A stretch of DNA of 63,986 bases, filler included, from Perkinsus olseni (lineage: Eukaryota): assembly GCA_013115125.1 (NCBI GenBank). It is 4 parts of 4 records of this genome, joined end to end, with 100 filler letters (N's around TTAATTAATTAA, not from the genome) between each part and the next. Parts side by side here need not be neighbours in the genome. Positions count along the whole stretch, not along the records: positions 1 to 17,440 come from JABANN010000646.1; positions 17,541 to 34,973 come from JABANN010000647.1; 2 more parts are not named here. One strand, given 5' to 3'. Positions 12,651 to 24,300 of the stretch are shown piece by piece. The stretch's first letter is position 1. Every line of letters begins with the position of its first letter. A model generated the notes under the pieces. The model did not search any database, was not told the DNA's origin, and saw only the letters and a program-made list of their open reading frames with translations. The position numbers and the translations under genes were made by a program.

Positions 12651-14285
12651 ATGCTCTACTTTCTGATATGGCTGCTCCGCCCAACGCCAGTGTCTACCTT
12701 GGCTGCGGATTACCCTCTTCCTCCCTGCAGTGCCGAGTGCACCATCGAGCTGAACCCTAGCGTCCTCGCGAGGAGTGGAGACCCGCTGCACTTGAAGTGG
12801 TCCGTAGAGTCCAACAACGAGTCCGACTGGATAGGCTTCTTCGCTCCGCCCTTCCATTCCCCCACCTATGACGATTACGTTATGCGCTTCAAACCGCACA
12901 TGATCGGGGCCTCGGAGCACACGTTGTCCCTGACGAACCTTCGGGCTCCTTTCTATGACGTCCGCTACATCTCAGCCGCGACCGGGCAGTGCCTTTGCCG
13001 AGCCAATGAGAGAGTGAGATTCGAGATGGGCCATCATGAGCCAAGTCAGGGCCACGTCACCGTGGATACCACAACTGGTGCTCTTAAAGTCCACTGGGTC
13101 AGCGGGGATCCGAACCCAGGCTTCGTCGAGTACAAGGCGGCAGGCGATGCGGACTGGTCTGTGAGGCACGCCACTGTTGCTACGTACGACTTCCACGACA
13201 TGTGTGGTGGTGATATGGATAACTACTACGACCCGGGTTACTTCTACTCGGCCACTTTGCCCGGGGACTTGAAGGGTGAGATCACTGTACGCTTCGGCAG
13301 CATCTTTCACCGTTCGAAGGCATTCATTGTTGCCACCCCTGTCCCACCGGGCTCGGCCGAGGTCCACAGCGTAGCGCTGTTTGGAGACATGGGGGTTCAG
13401 AGTTTTTATCGAGGGCCCGATAAGGTGGAGGTCCCCAACGGCCGCTGGGATACCTACTGGGTCCAAGACCACATGCGGGCCAACCCGAGGCTCAGGATGG
13501 CGGTGCACTTCGGCGACGTGTCTTATGCTATGGGGCGCTCTCGAGTCTGGGACCTCTTCGGCACAGCTGTTGAGGACGTGGCCATGAGGATGCCTTATAT
13601 GGTGAGCATTGGTAACCATGAGTTCGACTATGTTGACGGAGGTTGGCACCCGTCGTGGGGCAACTTCGGTATGGATTCTGGCGGCGAGTGCGGTGTCCCG
13701 ACCAAGCATAGGTACCAGTTTCCTTATTGGTGGTATGCCTTCTCCTTTGGCCTCGTCCGCTATGTTATGCTGTCCTCTGAGCATGACTGGACGGAGGGCA
13801 GTGAACAGTGGCAGTGGTTGGATGAACAGCTAGCTGAAGTCGACAGATCGGTGACGCCGTGGGTCATCGTCACCGCCCATCGCCCAATGTTGGTATCAGG
13901 CTATGACCCGTCCGAGCGGGCTGTCGAGGACCACATGTATCCTGCCCTCGGCCCCCTGCTCAAGAAGCACAGAGTGAACCTGTTTGTTGCTGGCCACTGG
14001 CACTACTATGAGAGGACACATCCGGTGGACGGCACGGTGCACGTGCTAGCGGGAAGTGCCGGGGCCTTCGACCTTCATGACGTCTTTGAGGACCTGCCTC
14101 GAGTAGCGGCGCGATGGCCCGACGTCCGTGGGTATCTCGAGCTCAAGGTCACCAAAGACGAGCTCGAAGGCACCTTCTGGGGCATCAACAACACCATGAC
14201 AGATAGACGTATGGCTGTGTTCGACCACTTTACAGTTGCCCCATGGGCTGAGGGCCCCTTGGAGATCCACACCGAGACCTCGTGA
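12651..14285 (+). CDS. Purple acid phosphatase / metallophosphoesterase (nucleotide pyrophosphatase-like PAP), secreted, intronless, 544 aa
   Basis: All five PAP metal-binding blocks: FGDMG, GDVSY, GNHE, VTAH, GHWH. Also DSGGECGVP and hydrophobic N-terminus. Confidence 0.93.
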   Translation: MLYFLIWLLRPTPVSTLAADYPLPPCSAECTIELNPSVLARSGDPLHLKWSVESNNESDWIGFFAPPFHSPTYDDYVMRFKPHMIGASEHTLSLTNLRAPFYDVRYISAATGQCLCRANERVRFEMGHHEPSQGHVTVDTTTGALKVHWVSGDPNPGFVEYKAAGDADWSVRHATVATYDFHDMCGGDMDNYYDPGYFYSATLPGDLKGEITVRFGSIFHRSKAFIVATPVPPGSAEVHSVALFGDMGVQSFYRGPDKVEVPNGRWDTYWVQDHMRANPRLRMAVHFGDVSYAMGRSRVWDLFGTAVEDVAMRMPYMVSIGNHEFDYVDGGWHPSWGNFGMDSGGECGVPTKHRYQFPYWWYAFSFGLVRYVMLSSEHDWTEGSEQWQWLDEQLAEVDRSVTPWVIVTAHRPMLVSGYDPSERAVEDHMYPALGPLLKKHRVNLFVAGHWHYYERTHPVDGTVHVLAGSAGAFDLHDVFEDLPRVAARWPDVRGYLELKVTKDELEGTFWGINNTMTDRRMAVFDHFTVAPWAEGPLEIHTETS

Positions 14286-14964
14286 TCAAGTTGTTTATTT
14301 TCTACTAATCCTCGGCCCACTACTTCTTGAAATCGATTTCAGAATAGATATAACATATTATAATGTATGGAGTTTCGTGTCTTGTTCGACCTGTTGCGGT
14401 ACGCGAAGGATTCTACGGCAGCCGCGTGGATCGGCCTCGATCGTACCACTTAGAGGCAACAGAATGTCGTGACAGGCAAGTTGCCTACTACGCATCCTTC
14501 CACCCTTATGGGTTTGTCCTGAATCCCTCGAAGGACGCTCCGAGGGACGGTACTTTGTAATCGTCGTGGAAGCTGGTATTTTATCACGAACTGAGTAACC
14601 GAAAGGCTGAGCGAAGACCCAGCTAGTGCATCACTGTCGCTGCCCCAATTCATTCAGAGTGAATGAAGCCTATCGCAGCGACTCGTCCACCTCGTGTAAG
14701 GCATTCCCCCGCTACTAGATTCTGCCCAGTGTTAACTCATTAGGCGAATCAATGTCACCTAGGACTTCGGATGCTGCACTGAAGAGATATCATGCGTTGT
14801 TGGCTCCCGCGAGTACCACACAATGCCACGCGAATTCTGAAAGACTGGGAATTATCGTCGAAGTCATGTACAACTTGTCACTGATTTTTCTGGAAGGAGT
14901 ATTCAATAGGCCAGGTCGTCGCGAGGCATCGGTCGTGTTAGAATCCTGGCTTCTGGTCCCCTCC

Positions 14965-16775
14965 ATGGAAGAAGTTAACTTCCGCGTTGCTGGTCGGCTG
15001 CATGGCGGTCGGCTGTGCCTGGGCTCGGTGCATGACCCTTATGACAGCGACACCGGGAAGGGCCCGCGGTCCAGTATCCCGGCGAGACTGCAAACTGTCC
15101 TGTCCCGAGGACTCAGAGAACCCATCGGCTTTGGCAGAGAATCGTCGCGGTTCGAATCTCCTCGAGTAGCGGATGGGCCGGGCCCTGGAGCGTACGTCCC
15201 CTTCTGCGGTCCGCAGCGTGAGGGAGTGGTCGCAGGTATATTGGTGCCGTTAAGAGGAGACCTTTCGGACACGAGAGGCTCACTTCGGATAGCTGGTCGA
15301 AGAGAGGGACGGGCTCCTTCGCGTCAAAGTCTACAAGATTTCAAAGAAGGCCATACCCAGCTGTCGTACCAGGTGAGATTCATCCGCACCTCCTGTCTGG
15401 ACGCCTTACTAGTGACATCAATGCGGTCAGAGCACCATGAAAGACCCGCTTCTGCGGGCTATAGGGCTAGCAGCACCACCCTTGGGGATCTGTCACAAAA
15501 GCGCTTGCAGTGCAAGGCTCGCACCGACTGGTCGGGCTTCACAACTCGCCTACAGCATCTGATTTCAGGTCCGGGTACCTACAGGGTTTCGGTCTCTGCC
15601 GACCAAGCCGCGAGTTCGGGGAGTACCGCAACCCTGTCGTGTTGCGGTAGAAGTGACCTCAAGCCAGAGTCAAAACCAGGGCCCGGCCAATACGACCCTC
15701 TATACCCAAACTTGCCTCGAATTAGAACAGCGCTGCTTAGCATGAGCGACTCGAGACTTCCCAGACTACAGCCACAGAGCGCTCCAGGGCCGGGGGCCTA
15801 CGACCCCGCGATCGTCGGCCGTGTTGCTGCAGAGCCTACCATGGTCAAACTACTCCCACCGACCGGCTCAGCTTCGAATCAGTCGAAGTATCACTTGGGT
15901 CTCACGAGGATGACGAACTCTGACAGTGTGAGCATCACCAAGGGCACTAGTATGGCGACGCTAGGCGGGCAAGTCTAATCCATTCGATAAGATGTGCTCG
16001 TGTCGGAAATATTGCGATCCGTGACGAACAACAGGCTCTCTTGTGACTAGAGAAACTCGCGATTGCCATACAACAGATGTCGTGACTCTCCTCGTTGACA
16101 GATCTCTGGACCTTCGAGTACCATAAAATGCAATAATCGCTCCTACGTCGTCCCTGGGCCAGGACACTATAGCGGTAAGCGCCTGTCGTGAGCTGTCGAA
16201 TCGTTCGAGGGCTCACTGAGATTCTCAGCAGTCTTCCCTCAGTGAATCTGCCACCTTTTTCGAGTGACTTCTCGAGCCAGTTTAGCAGTGCCTTCCAGAA
16301 GCCATCGAGAGCCCCTCGTGCAGGGAGCACGCTTGTCAGCCCGTCTCCCGCGCCCGGCCCAGGTGGATTATACATTCGCAGCTCATCATGACCATAGCCA
16401 CGGCGACTCATCGTCACATTTTAGGAGAATACACGGCAATGCTCAGCTCCAGCGTGGACAATCGAGCCACGACAAGCTTCTTGTCATCTCCCGTGCAGCG
16501 GAGCATTTTCCCAGTCGCGAGCGGTGCTCCCGGGCCGGCTTACTATCATCCGCACGGATAGTGGCCGGGAGAATCCTGCCAGGCTCAGAGTTACCGGTAG
16601 GCTCGCGGACGGTCAGTCCTATCGAGCCGCTGATAATCTTCTCCCTCGGCTCCCTTGTTCGGAGTTGTGGAGGTTCTGGGCAGGACCATCAGTATTGTCA
16701 TCCTCATTTTCTCGCGCGTTGCCATGGGCGTGTTCTGACGTGTATGAGCACTCCTGCAGACGGGTAGTCTGTGGA
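14965..16775 (+). CDS. SHIPPO/ODF3 (sperm-tail PG-rich repeat) axonemal protein, multi-exon
   Basis: Repeated PGPGAY-type motifs: PGPGAYVP (~15178), GPGTY, PGPGQYDP, PGPGAYDP, PGPGHY (~16152), APGPG (~16350), APGPAYY (~16525). Ends approximate. Confidence 0.8.
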
Positions 16776-16914
16776 TGAGCCCCTTTGGGCCAGCAGGTTT
16801 CCATGGAAGATTTTCAGGCGCGCCCTGGGAGAGAAGTTTCACGCCGGGTTTGGCGCAAAGTAGATGTGTTAACATGTCGTAATGCTGCGTTCATACTGCT
16901 AAGCTCCTAGAGGC

Positions 16915-17200
16915 ACGAGTTGCAAGTTGGGCGTCGTGCCGTCAAAATACACCTATAAGCCCCTGATGCCTGGTTTTGAGCCGACTAGTGATATGTCAAT
17001 CGTTAGTGAGCATCAATCTCAAGCCATCTGGACCCGTGAACAGCGAGCAAAGCGTACAGAAATCCTTCGATCGCCACCACACGGACTTTCAGCCTAACTA
17101 GAAATATAGAAAAGGACAACCCGTGTGGATGATCGAACCACTCGCTTTCCGAGGCGCGCGACGAATGCGTGGTCCCTACCGTCTCTGGCTCGAACTCCGT
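16915..17200 (+). mobile_element. Degenerate Ty3/Gypsy-type integrase C-terminal (GPY/F) fragment
   Basis: Translation with a frameshift and a stop: ...KLGVVPSKYTYKP...KSFDRHHTDFQPN*KYRKGQPVWMIEPLAFRGARRMRGPYRL. Matches the YD...F..GD.V...GPY pattern. Confidence 0.55.
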
Positions 17201-17440
17201 GATTCCGCGGCGAGGATGCTTATACCCCTCCGCGCGATGGTCACTCTGACATGAGATTATTATGATTATTAACTCTCAGCTTGCCTCAAACCCAGGCTTC
17301 AGGGATTAAGAATCCTCCATGGTTCGAGCCTTCCTTCTATTACGAGTCTGCAGCCTGGCCGTACTATTGTCGGATACTCGTGTCCCTATTTGTGTGCCTC
17401 CGTATCCCTTGGCTAAGCTATGGCTAGTAGTCTGCCCTAC

Positions 17441-17540
17441 NNNNNNNNNNNNNNNNNNNNNNNNNNNNNNNNNNNNNNNNNNNNTTAATTAATTAANNNN
17501 NNNNNNNNNNNNNNNNNNNNNNNNNNNNNNNNNNNNNNNN
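17441..17540. other. Artificial contig linker (N44-TTAATTAATTAA-N44)
   Basis: Identical 100-nt spacer with stops in all six frames, present three times. Confidence 0.98.
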
Positions 17541-17689
17541 TTATAATAGCCCATCGTCTATCCACTATCACCAATGCTGATTTGATACTGGTTATAGCTG
17601 GTGGTCGTCTGGTGGAACAGGGCACTCACTCCGAGCTACTGGCGAAGGAAGGCGTTTACTACGACCTATACCAGAAGGGCAGCTTGTGA
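17541..17689 (+). CDS. 3' end of an ABCB/MDR transporter paralog (truncated by contig start)
   Basis: Encodes [48 protein letters not shown]. Nearly identical in DNA to 27123-27271. Confidence 0.9.
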
Positions 17690-19209
17690 TATATCCTGGG
17701 GGCGTACACTCATTACTGTCTGATAAATTGATTTGCACCAGTTAAAGTTGTATAATCGCTACAGGTCCTCGGGAATCCCTCGATTCTTGCGGTTCTCATA
17801 ACGTGTCTTTGCCATGGGTCTTCATGTCGGTGATAATAGCTTTGTTGTGTTAGCTGCGGGGTGCTGGATTGCTGGGGTTATCGCGGGTGCTTCAATCAAT
17901 AAGGTTGAATAGCTTACATTGCATCTATGGAGTTCGTCGGTGTAGAGTTCACAAACTTCACGGAATGGTAGTGGTCTTCACATGCACTGCTCTCGGCCGA
18001 CAATACAGAGCGACTGAACGTCTCGGTCATGGTTTGACAAGCCTCCCCCCTGCCTGAGGCAGGCTGCCTCTCGAGCCTCCAGTTGCCTAGGATTTCAATC
18101 TCTGCGCTCTCGGATCGGAGCTCGATCATCGAACTGAGTTTTCGTCATATGCGTCAGATCAACACATCATTCTTAATCATCAGCTTGGCCAGCAGTGCTG
18201 AGGGAGCTAATAGCTTCGAGCTATCCTCTCGTGGGGATGTTATTCTGGGAGGCGAGCATGTCATCAATACAGTCCGGTCAAAAACTTGTCCAGAGCTGAT
18301 CTGGATTATTTGAAGTATGAACATTCGGAGGGCCCAGAGCTCATTGGACCAGAAATTTGTAGAGCTCTCGATTGGGGTAAGTTCCGTGGAACAGCTCTCA
18401 CTTCTCATTGAGAAAAACGGTTGGAACGGCTCAACAGTGGTACGCCTATGCGCTGTCCTCCATTGGCGATGCATACGGAAAGAACGACCAGGCCGTCTGC
18501 AGTCAACTACAGATCGCTGGTCTGGTATGTCAGGCGGTGATAATTCACTTCTGAGTCATAACTTGTGACCATCATCCTCATTTTCTTTGAATTAGTACTA
18601 GTTGCTTCACTATCCGATACTTACTATTCGTCGATCGGAGCACGCATGCACAGCTACATGGCTGGTCCCTGGTGACATCTTGGACGTATCACTGATACGG
18701 TATCAGAGCAGTTTAGAATGCTCGCAACCCGTATTCCAATGTAGGATCTCCGTTTTCATGATCGAATTACGTGCGGCTACCAGTATATGATGGTCAGCCG
18801 AATGGACTTCAGTTTAGTTTCTTGGCATCTCTCGTTACACCGGAGATGTGGAAGTATCATCAGTGGCTTCGACGGAACCTGTCTCAAGAGGGCTGTCCTT
18901 TTCGTATTGACCTCGAACCCAAGTGACCCTCAGAATTGGAAGCAAGTATATGTAAATCTCGAAGCACTTCCTATTAGGAAGTTCCTAACTGCCAACAGCA
19001 CCTCGAAAACTTCGTCTCGATTGATCCTAAGTCTGAGTGAATCAGTGCTTCGAATCTGTTACGGAGGTTCCCACCGGATGAGGGCCCCGCGCAGGTACAG
19101 AGCAGAGAGAAGGTATGGAGACACCGGGGAGGGCAAGCATGCAGAAAAAGTGTTCGCAAAAAAATGGATCATGTAAGCGTCATGTTGTTCAGACACAAGC
19201 CGCCGCGCT

Positions 19210-19578
19210 TTAACGGCTACTCTGTCTATACTCTTCTGGGCTACCATCGGCGTATGTGACCGTAATGATATTCTTCTTGTCATCGAACTTGACGGTGGTG
19301 AAGGTTGTCGAATTTATTTTCTTTGGGTACTTCTTCTCCAGTGCACCCAGGCTCTCGTCACTCAGCTTTATCTCCAAAGTTGTCCCTTTCCGGAAGGACG
19401 TGCCTAGGTGCGGCTGGAAGTCTCTGTCGGCCAGTTTCACATATATCTGACTCTCGAAGTCGAGAATGCGTATCGGATAGTCGCCTTCAACTTGGCCTTT
19501 GGGCACATAGCCGCCTAGGGGACCGGCGTCAAGGCCAGCACATGCAGTTGCAAAGAGGAGAGCACAAGCGTAGATCAT
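19210..19578 (-). CDS. Small secreted protein (122 aa), family A copy 1
   Basis: Signal-like MIYACALLFATACAG. Clear paralog of 31349-31717 (shared L.xKYP.KIN.TTF.T..FD...NI....YADG). Confidence 0.8.
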   Translation of the reverse strand: MIYACALLFATACAGLDAGPLGGYVPKGQVEGDYPIRILDFESQIYVKLADRDFQPHLGTSFRKGTTLEIKLSDESLGALEKKYPKKINSTTFTTVKFDDKKNIITVTYADGSPEEYRQSSR

Positions 19579-21390
19579 TGTTCGAATATGGAGGGCTACA
19601 CTGAGAGAAGAGCTACTGTCACTTTGAATATATTCCGTTATGGACCCCGGGCACGCTATCATTATCTCTTGAGAGACAACCGGCGGGTGGCCGCTGATAT
19701 TCCCCCAATATGAGCGAGATTCCGCGTCCCGCAGTGGACCAGCACCCATGGAGCGGCCTCGCAGGCACAAGAAAAACCGCGCAGGCGACTCTTGGGCCTG
19801 CGACTGCTGCTGCGCACAGCCGTCTGAGGGAATGGCTCCTTATTGAAGCCCAACCTACCTTTCATGAATGTGCTGATGACCGCTCCGCTGCACGCAGGAG
19901 CATAGCGGACTGAGCTATGTACATGCATGCTGCAGCTGCATATCACTCCCGAATCATCGGACTATGAGCATGACTCATTTGACGATGCCCCATTCTTAGT
20001 TAGTATCACTCTCATTTCCTAATGGTTAACTCCGTAGTCAAGGACGCCTTCGAGTTAGCACTTGAAAGACTCGACCAGGTCGAGCCGACCTTGAGCCAAG
20101 AGACGCTGCAGGCCCTGTTCCTCCGCAGCGGCTAAGCTGCGCACGCACCAGAGGCGTCACGGTGACGCCGTCACCCTGTCACGACTCCACAATGGAGTAT
20201 AAGTCGGTTCTGTGCGCGGAGGAGTTGGGCTACCCATATCGCGGTTGACAGCAACCCGTGGGGCTTTTACTCTCGGCGATGTCACCGCACTTTCGAACGC
20301 CGATTTATCCGTTCTAGAATCGTGTTTGCTTGATTGACGATGTATGCATAGCTTAAGGGCATTTTATTGGTGACGCCGTGTCACCAAATCACCAATTTTC
20401 TCAGCTAAGAACGGTTTTGACCCGTATCCTTCTTCGCTGCTCTGGATTATATATCTGTGATCCGAGCAGGTGGATTCTAGGTGACCTCAGCTTGTTGAAG
20501 AGCTTTCAATCTGATCCAACTGCAGCTTTCTCTGCTTACCAGATTTAGAAGGCTGAATCGATTACCAGCATCGCGTGTCGGTGGTCCAGATGCATGGGTC
20601 GAGCCGGGACTCAGTTACTCAACCAGCAATGGGTCTCGCTGGAGTGTCAGGCGCGCAGTGACTGGCGAAGAGATGCGGACAGGAGAGAGGTGCTGCGATC
20701 TGCTTTCGTCCTCGACAAGGAGCTGTGGTATACGGGAAGTCCAGCCCGCTTGATGTGATCGCTCATCGCAGCTGGTGGACTTAGACTGCTAGTGTGGCTT
20801 TGCAGGGCTAGCACTGAGTGTTTTGCAAGAGGACTCCTGTTGTAGAGCATTTCTAGATGGGGCCCCCGGTGTTGGAGATGCTCTCAGAGACCCCAGGGGC
20901 ACTTGAGTCAAATGATTCGATGCCGGACGAGCCCAGCAGGCGAAGCGAGTTCTGGGATCATGCGATCATGGGGCCAGCTTAGCTGCCGAATTGAGGAGGG
21001 TGACAACGAGGCTAGGCTTCCTGGGGTCTCTTCCCCCCTGGGCCCATCACCGGAGAATTTAGAGAGGCAACGAGAGGCTAGGTTCGAGCAGCTTCGCCAT
21101 GAAGTGGGAACGAGTGAATTAACGTATTCTACCACCACTTTCGCCCGATCGTATCAATAAGCGAATCCGAGAAGCCCTTCGAGGCTGCAAGATGCGCTCG
21201 AAGCATTGCGTGTTCCTGTTGAGCGGAAGCACTTCCTGAGGTCGTCGCGTTTCCCTCATCTTCATCCAAACATGCATACTGACCGTTTCGCATCCGTTCG
21301 CGGCCGTTTCAATTTCGGTGTGTGCAGGGTTGCTCGCTTTGGGTGCAATCATCTTTCTTGTTCCTTTCGGCAGTTGGATCCCTCCCTCAA

Positions 21391-24300
21391 ATGATGACAG
21401 CGTCAAGCTCAGTAGTGGAGTCCTCTATTGGAGATCTGGACGTGTCAGACAGACCACTAGCTCCATCACAGCCACTAAGGACGTCTAAGAAGCGCTTAGT
21501 GCCCTTCTATGGACTCTTCCGTTTTGCGACTAGACGCCAACTGCTGTCGATCGGTGAGATCTCAGCCCATCTCCAGCACGGCCACTTCTCCCATTCAGTG
21601 GTCGCTCTCGCCTCCGCTGTTATACATGGGCTAGCAATGCCCCTCTTTGCCTTCGTCTTCGGCGACCTCGTTGGTAAGGACCGTGCCAATCAGAGTGTCA
21701 TGAGGCGCTAACGGCTTTCGTCAATGGTCAGATGTTCTCGGTACGGGAGAAGCCGATTTCGTTGATGAAGTGTCCAAGCGCTGCCTGTATATGGTAGCGA
21801 TGGATACCTCTTGCTGTCAGTAACTTGCGAGGCCTATGTACAGGTGTATATCGGCCTTGGGGCCCTATTCTTTGCCTTCACCTGGCACGCGATACTAACG
21901 TCCACTTCGCAGAGCCAGGCAACTACTATGCGGATAAGATACTTTGAGGCTGGTACGTCCACTCGAGCTCTTGGAAATGACTTCTGATGCAGTGCTCTCG
22001 CGCGATGTGGCTTGGTTCGACAAGACATCCCCCGCGGAACTGCCTACAAGAATGACCGAAGATGTGTCCAAGGTGACCTCCGCTACATATTGGGGTTCGT
22101 CACAGATGTTATGATATGACCCACCGCCGAATCCATCCTGGTCGCTGTAACAGGTTCAAAGTGCCATTGGCTTCAAGCTCGGCGTCTGCATAGTAAACGC
22201 TTCGATGTTCATCTTCGGCTACGTCATGGGCTTCGTTAGAGGGTGGCGGGTAAGACAAGTCTGAGCCTTGGCCTGCTTATCTCACAGGGGATCTCAGAAT
22301 TACCCTGTTCTTCCTGGCATCTCCAACGGGCTTACTCAGGTATCACTGGTGGCCACAGCGTCGATGCCGATCGTTATCGGGGCGTCCGCTGTTCTGGGAT
22401 ACGCTATGGCGCAGTCAGCGAACGAGTCCCAATCTTGGTATGCTAGAGCCGGCGCCGTTGCTGAGGAGGTAGCTACCGCCAGCGGTTCCCACGGCATGTA
22501 CTTGGTCGAGCTCATCAGGTTCTAAGTTCAATACGTACAGTGACTATGATGGGCACGCAAAGACGTGAAGTTGAGAGATATGCATGCAAATTAGAGGAAG
22601 CTAGAAAAGGTGCGAACCTGAGCCCTTTTCTCCTCTTTAGGAGATGGCTCACTACTTAGGTGGAACAAAACTAGGCCTGCAATCGGGACTCGGGCTCGGG
22701 CTGACCTTTGGTGCGGTTTACGGGGCCTATGCCATCACTTTCTGGTAGCCTTCTTGTTATTCTCCATCGGTTATTCTACTCTCTGCGACAGGTTCGGAGG
22801 CACTCTAGTCCGTGATGGAGTGATCAACGACTTCACCGACAAGCCTTATACAGGAGGAGATGTTCTCGCTGTTTTCTTCTCTCTTATCATGGGTAGCCAG
22901 CTCCATAGCTCGCCCCTCCGAAAGCAACACCCTTTCAGGGACGTTCGGCTTGGGTCAAGCTCTGCCACCACTGCAAACGTTCCAGATAGGGCGATCAGCG
23001 GCGACGGATATTCACGATGCCGTTGACGACAGCAGTGACGTCATCGAACCTTCGATACCGCCACCTGCTGCTGATGGTGAACGTTTCTCCTTTACTGAGG
23101 GGACTATTTATGGCTATCAGGTACCGCAATAGCCGACTACCCCGTCCCCAAGATGGATACCATAACCCTCGAGAATGTCTTCTTCACTTACCCCTCCCGT
23201 CCCGAGGCTCAGGTCCTGAAGGGCGTCTCCTTGGATATCAAGATAGGCACTAAAGTTGCTTTCGTCGGTGAGAGCGGCTCAGGGAAGAGTAAGTTCGATA
23301 TGCTTCACTCTCATACCACACCTCCGATATTCGGCTATCCACCAGTATACTACCGCTGTGAAGGTACGATAATCTGCTTGCTCGAGCGTTTCTACGACCC
23401 CGTTATCGGGAGGATTCTCTTGAACGGAGAGGACCTTCGCGGTATCGCCGGAAGCCCGCAGTCGGTCCGGTCAATTTTCGGGTGGGAGACTTACGAGATG
23501 GTAGTCGAGGCTGTAGCTCACCTTTTCCACAGGTATGTTGGCCAAGAGCCCATCCTGTTCGCCGGGACAATACGTGACAACCTGCGTTATGGGCTGCCTT
23601 ACAGTCCATCAGATGAGCAGATGGAGACGGCATGCAAGAAGGCGAATGTAAGAGTCATAAACGATGCACGCTTGTGGCTTTAGTCGATGACTGTTCGGGA
23701 AATCTATCGCTTCTATCGGAATTCATCTTTCTTCCCTCAGGTTCATTCCTTTATCTCCTCCCTACCAGAAGGGTATAATACATATTGTGGAAGCTCTAGT
23801 GGTGGAGGTAGTCAAATCTCGGGAGGACAGAAACAGCGTGTAGCGATAGCACGGGCATTACTCAGAAACCCGCAGGTGACATTAACTCACATTAGTAGAC
23901 TAAAACGTTAATGATTACTGAACAGATACTTCTTTTGGATGAGGCAACATCTGCTCTGGATAATGAAAGTGAACTTATGGTACAGGAGACGATTGATGAG
24001 TGAGGGACGTGTCGTCTGATTAGTCGGCTCGGACAACTGCTCCGAGTCCTGCAACTTTCACTTACCACAGAACTTGCATGTCCATCACGTCTAAGATACT
24101 CCCTTCTTTTGCTTCGCAGGCTGCAACGCACTGACCGGCTCACCACCATATCGGTCGCCCATCGTTTGTCTACCATCCGCAACTCGGACACCATATTCGT
24201 GCTGCAGTCGGGATGCCTGGTGGAGCAGGGCACTCACGATGAATTGATAAGTAAGAACTTTGTTTGTCGGATCTGACTGATCTATGTCTACTGCGACCAG

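Noticed and set aside
12972-13784. 270-aa antisense ORF (and similar ones at 11734-12336, 53482-54129, 57483-58133)
   Set aside because: Shadow ORFs opposite well-supported genes in GC-rich DNA.
17485-17496. TTAATTAATTAA palindrome inside N-runs (also 35018 and 52533)
   Set aside because: Synthetic six-frame stop linker, not a biological site.
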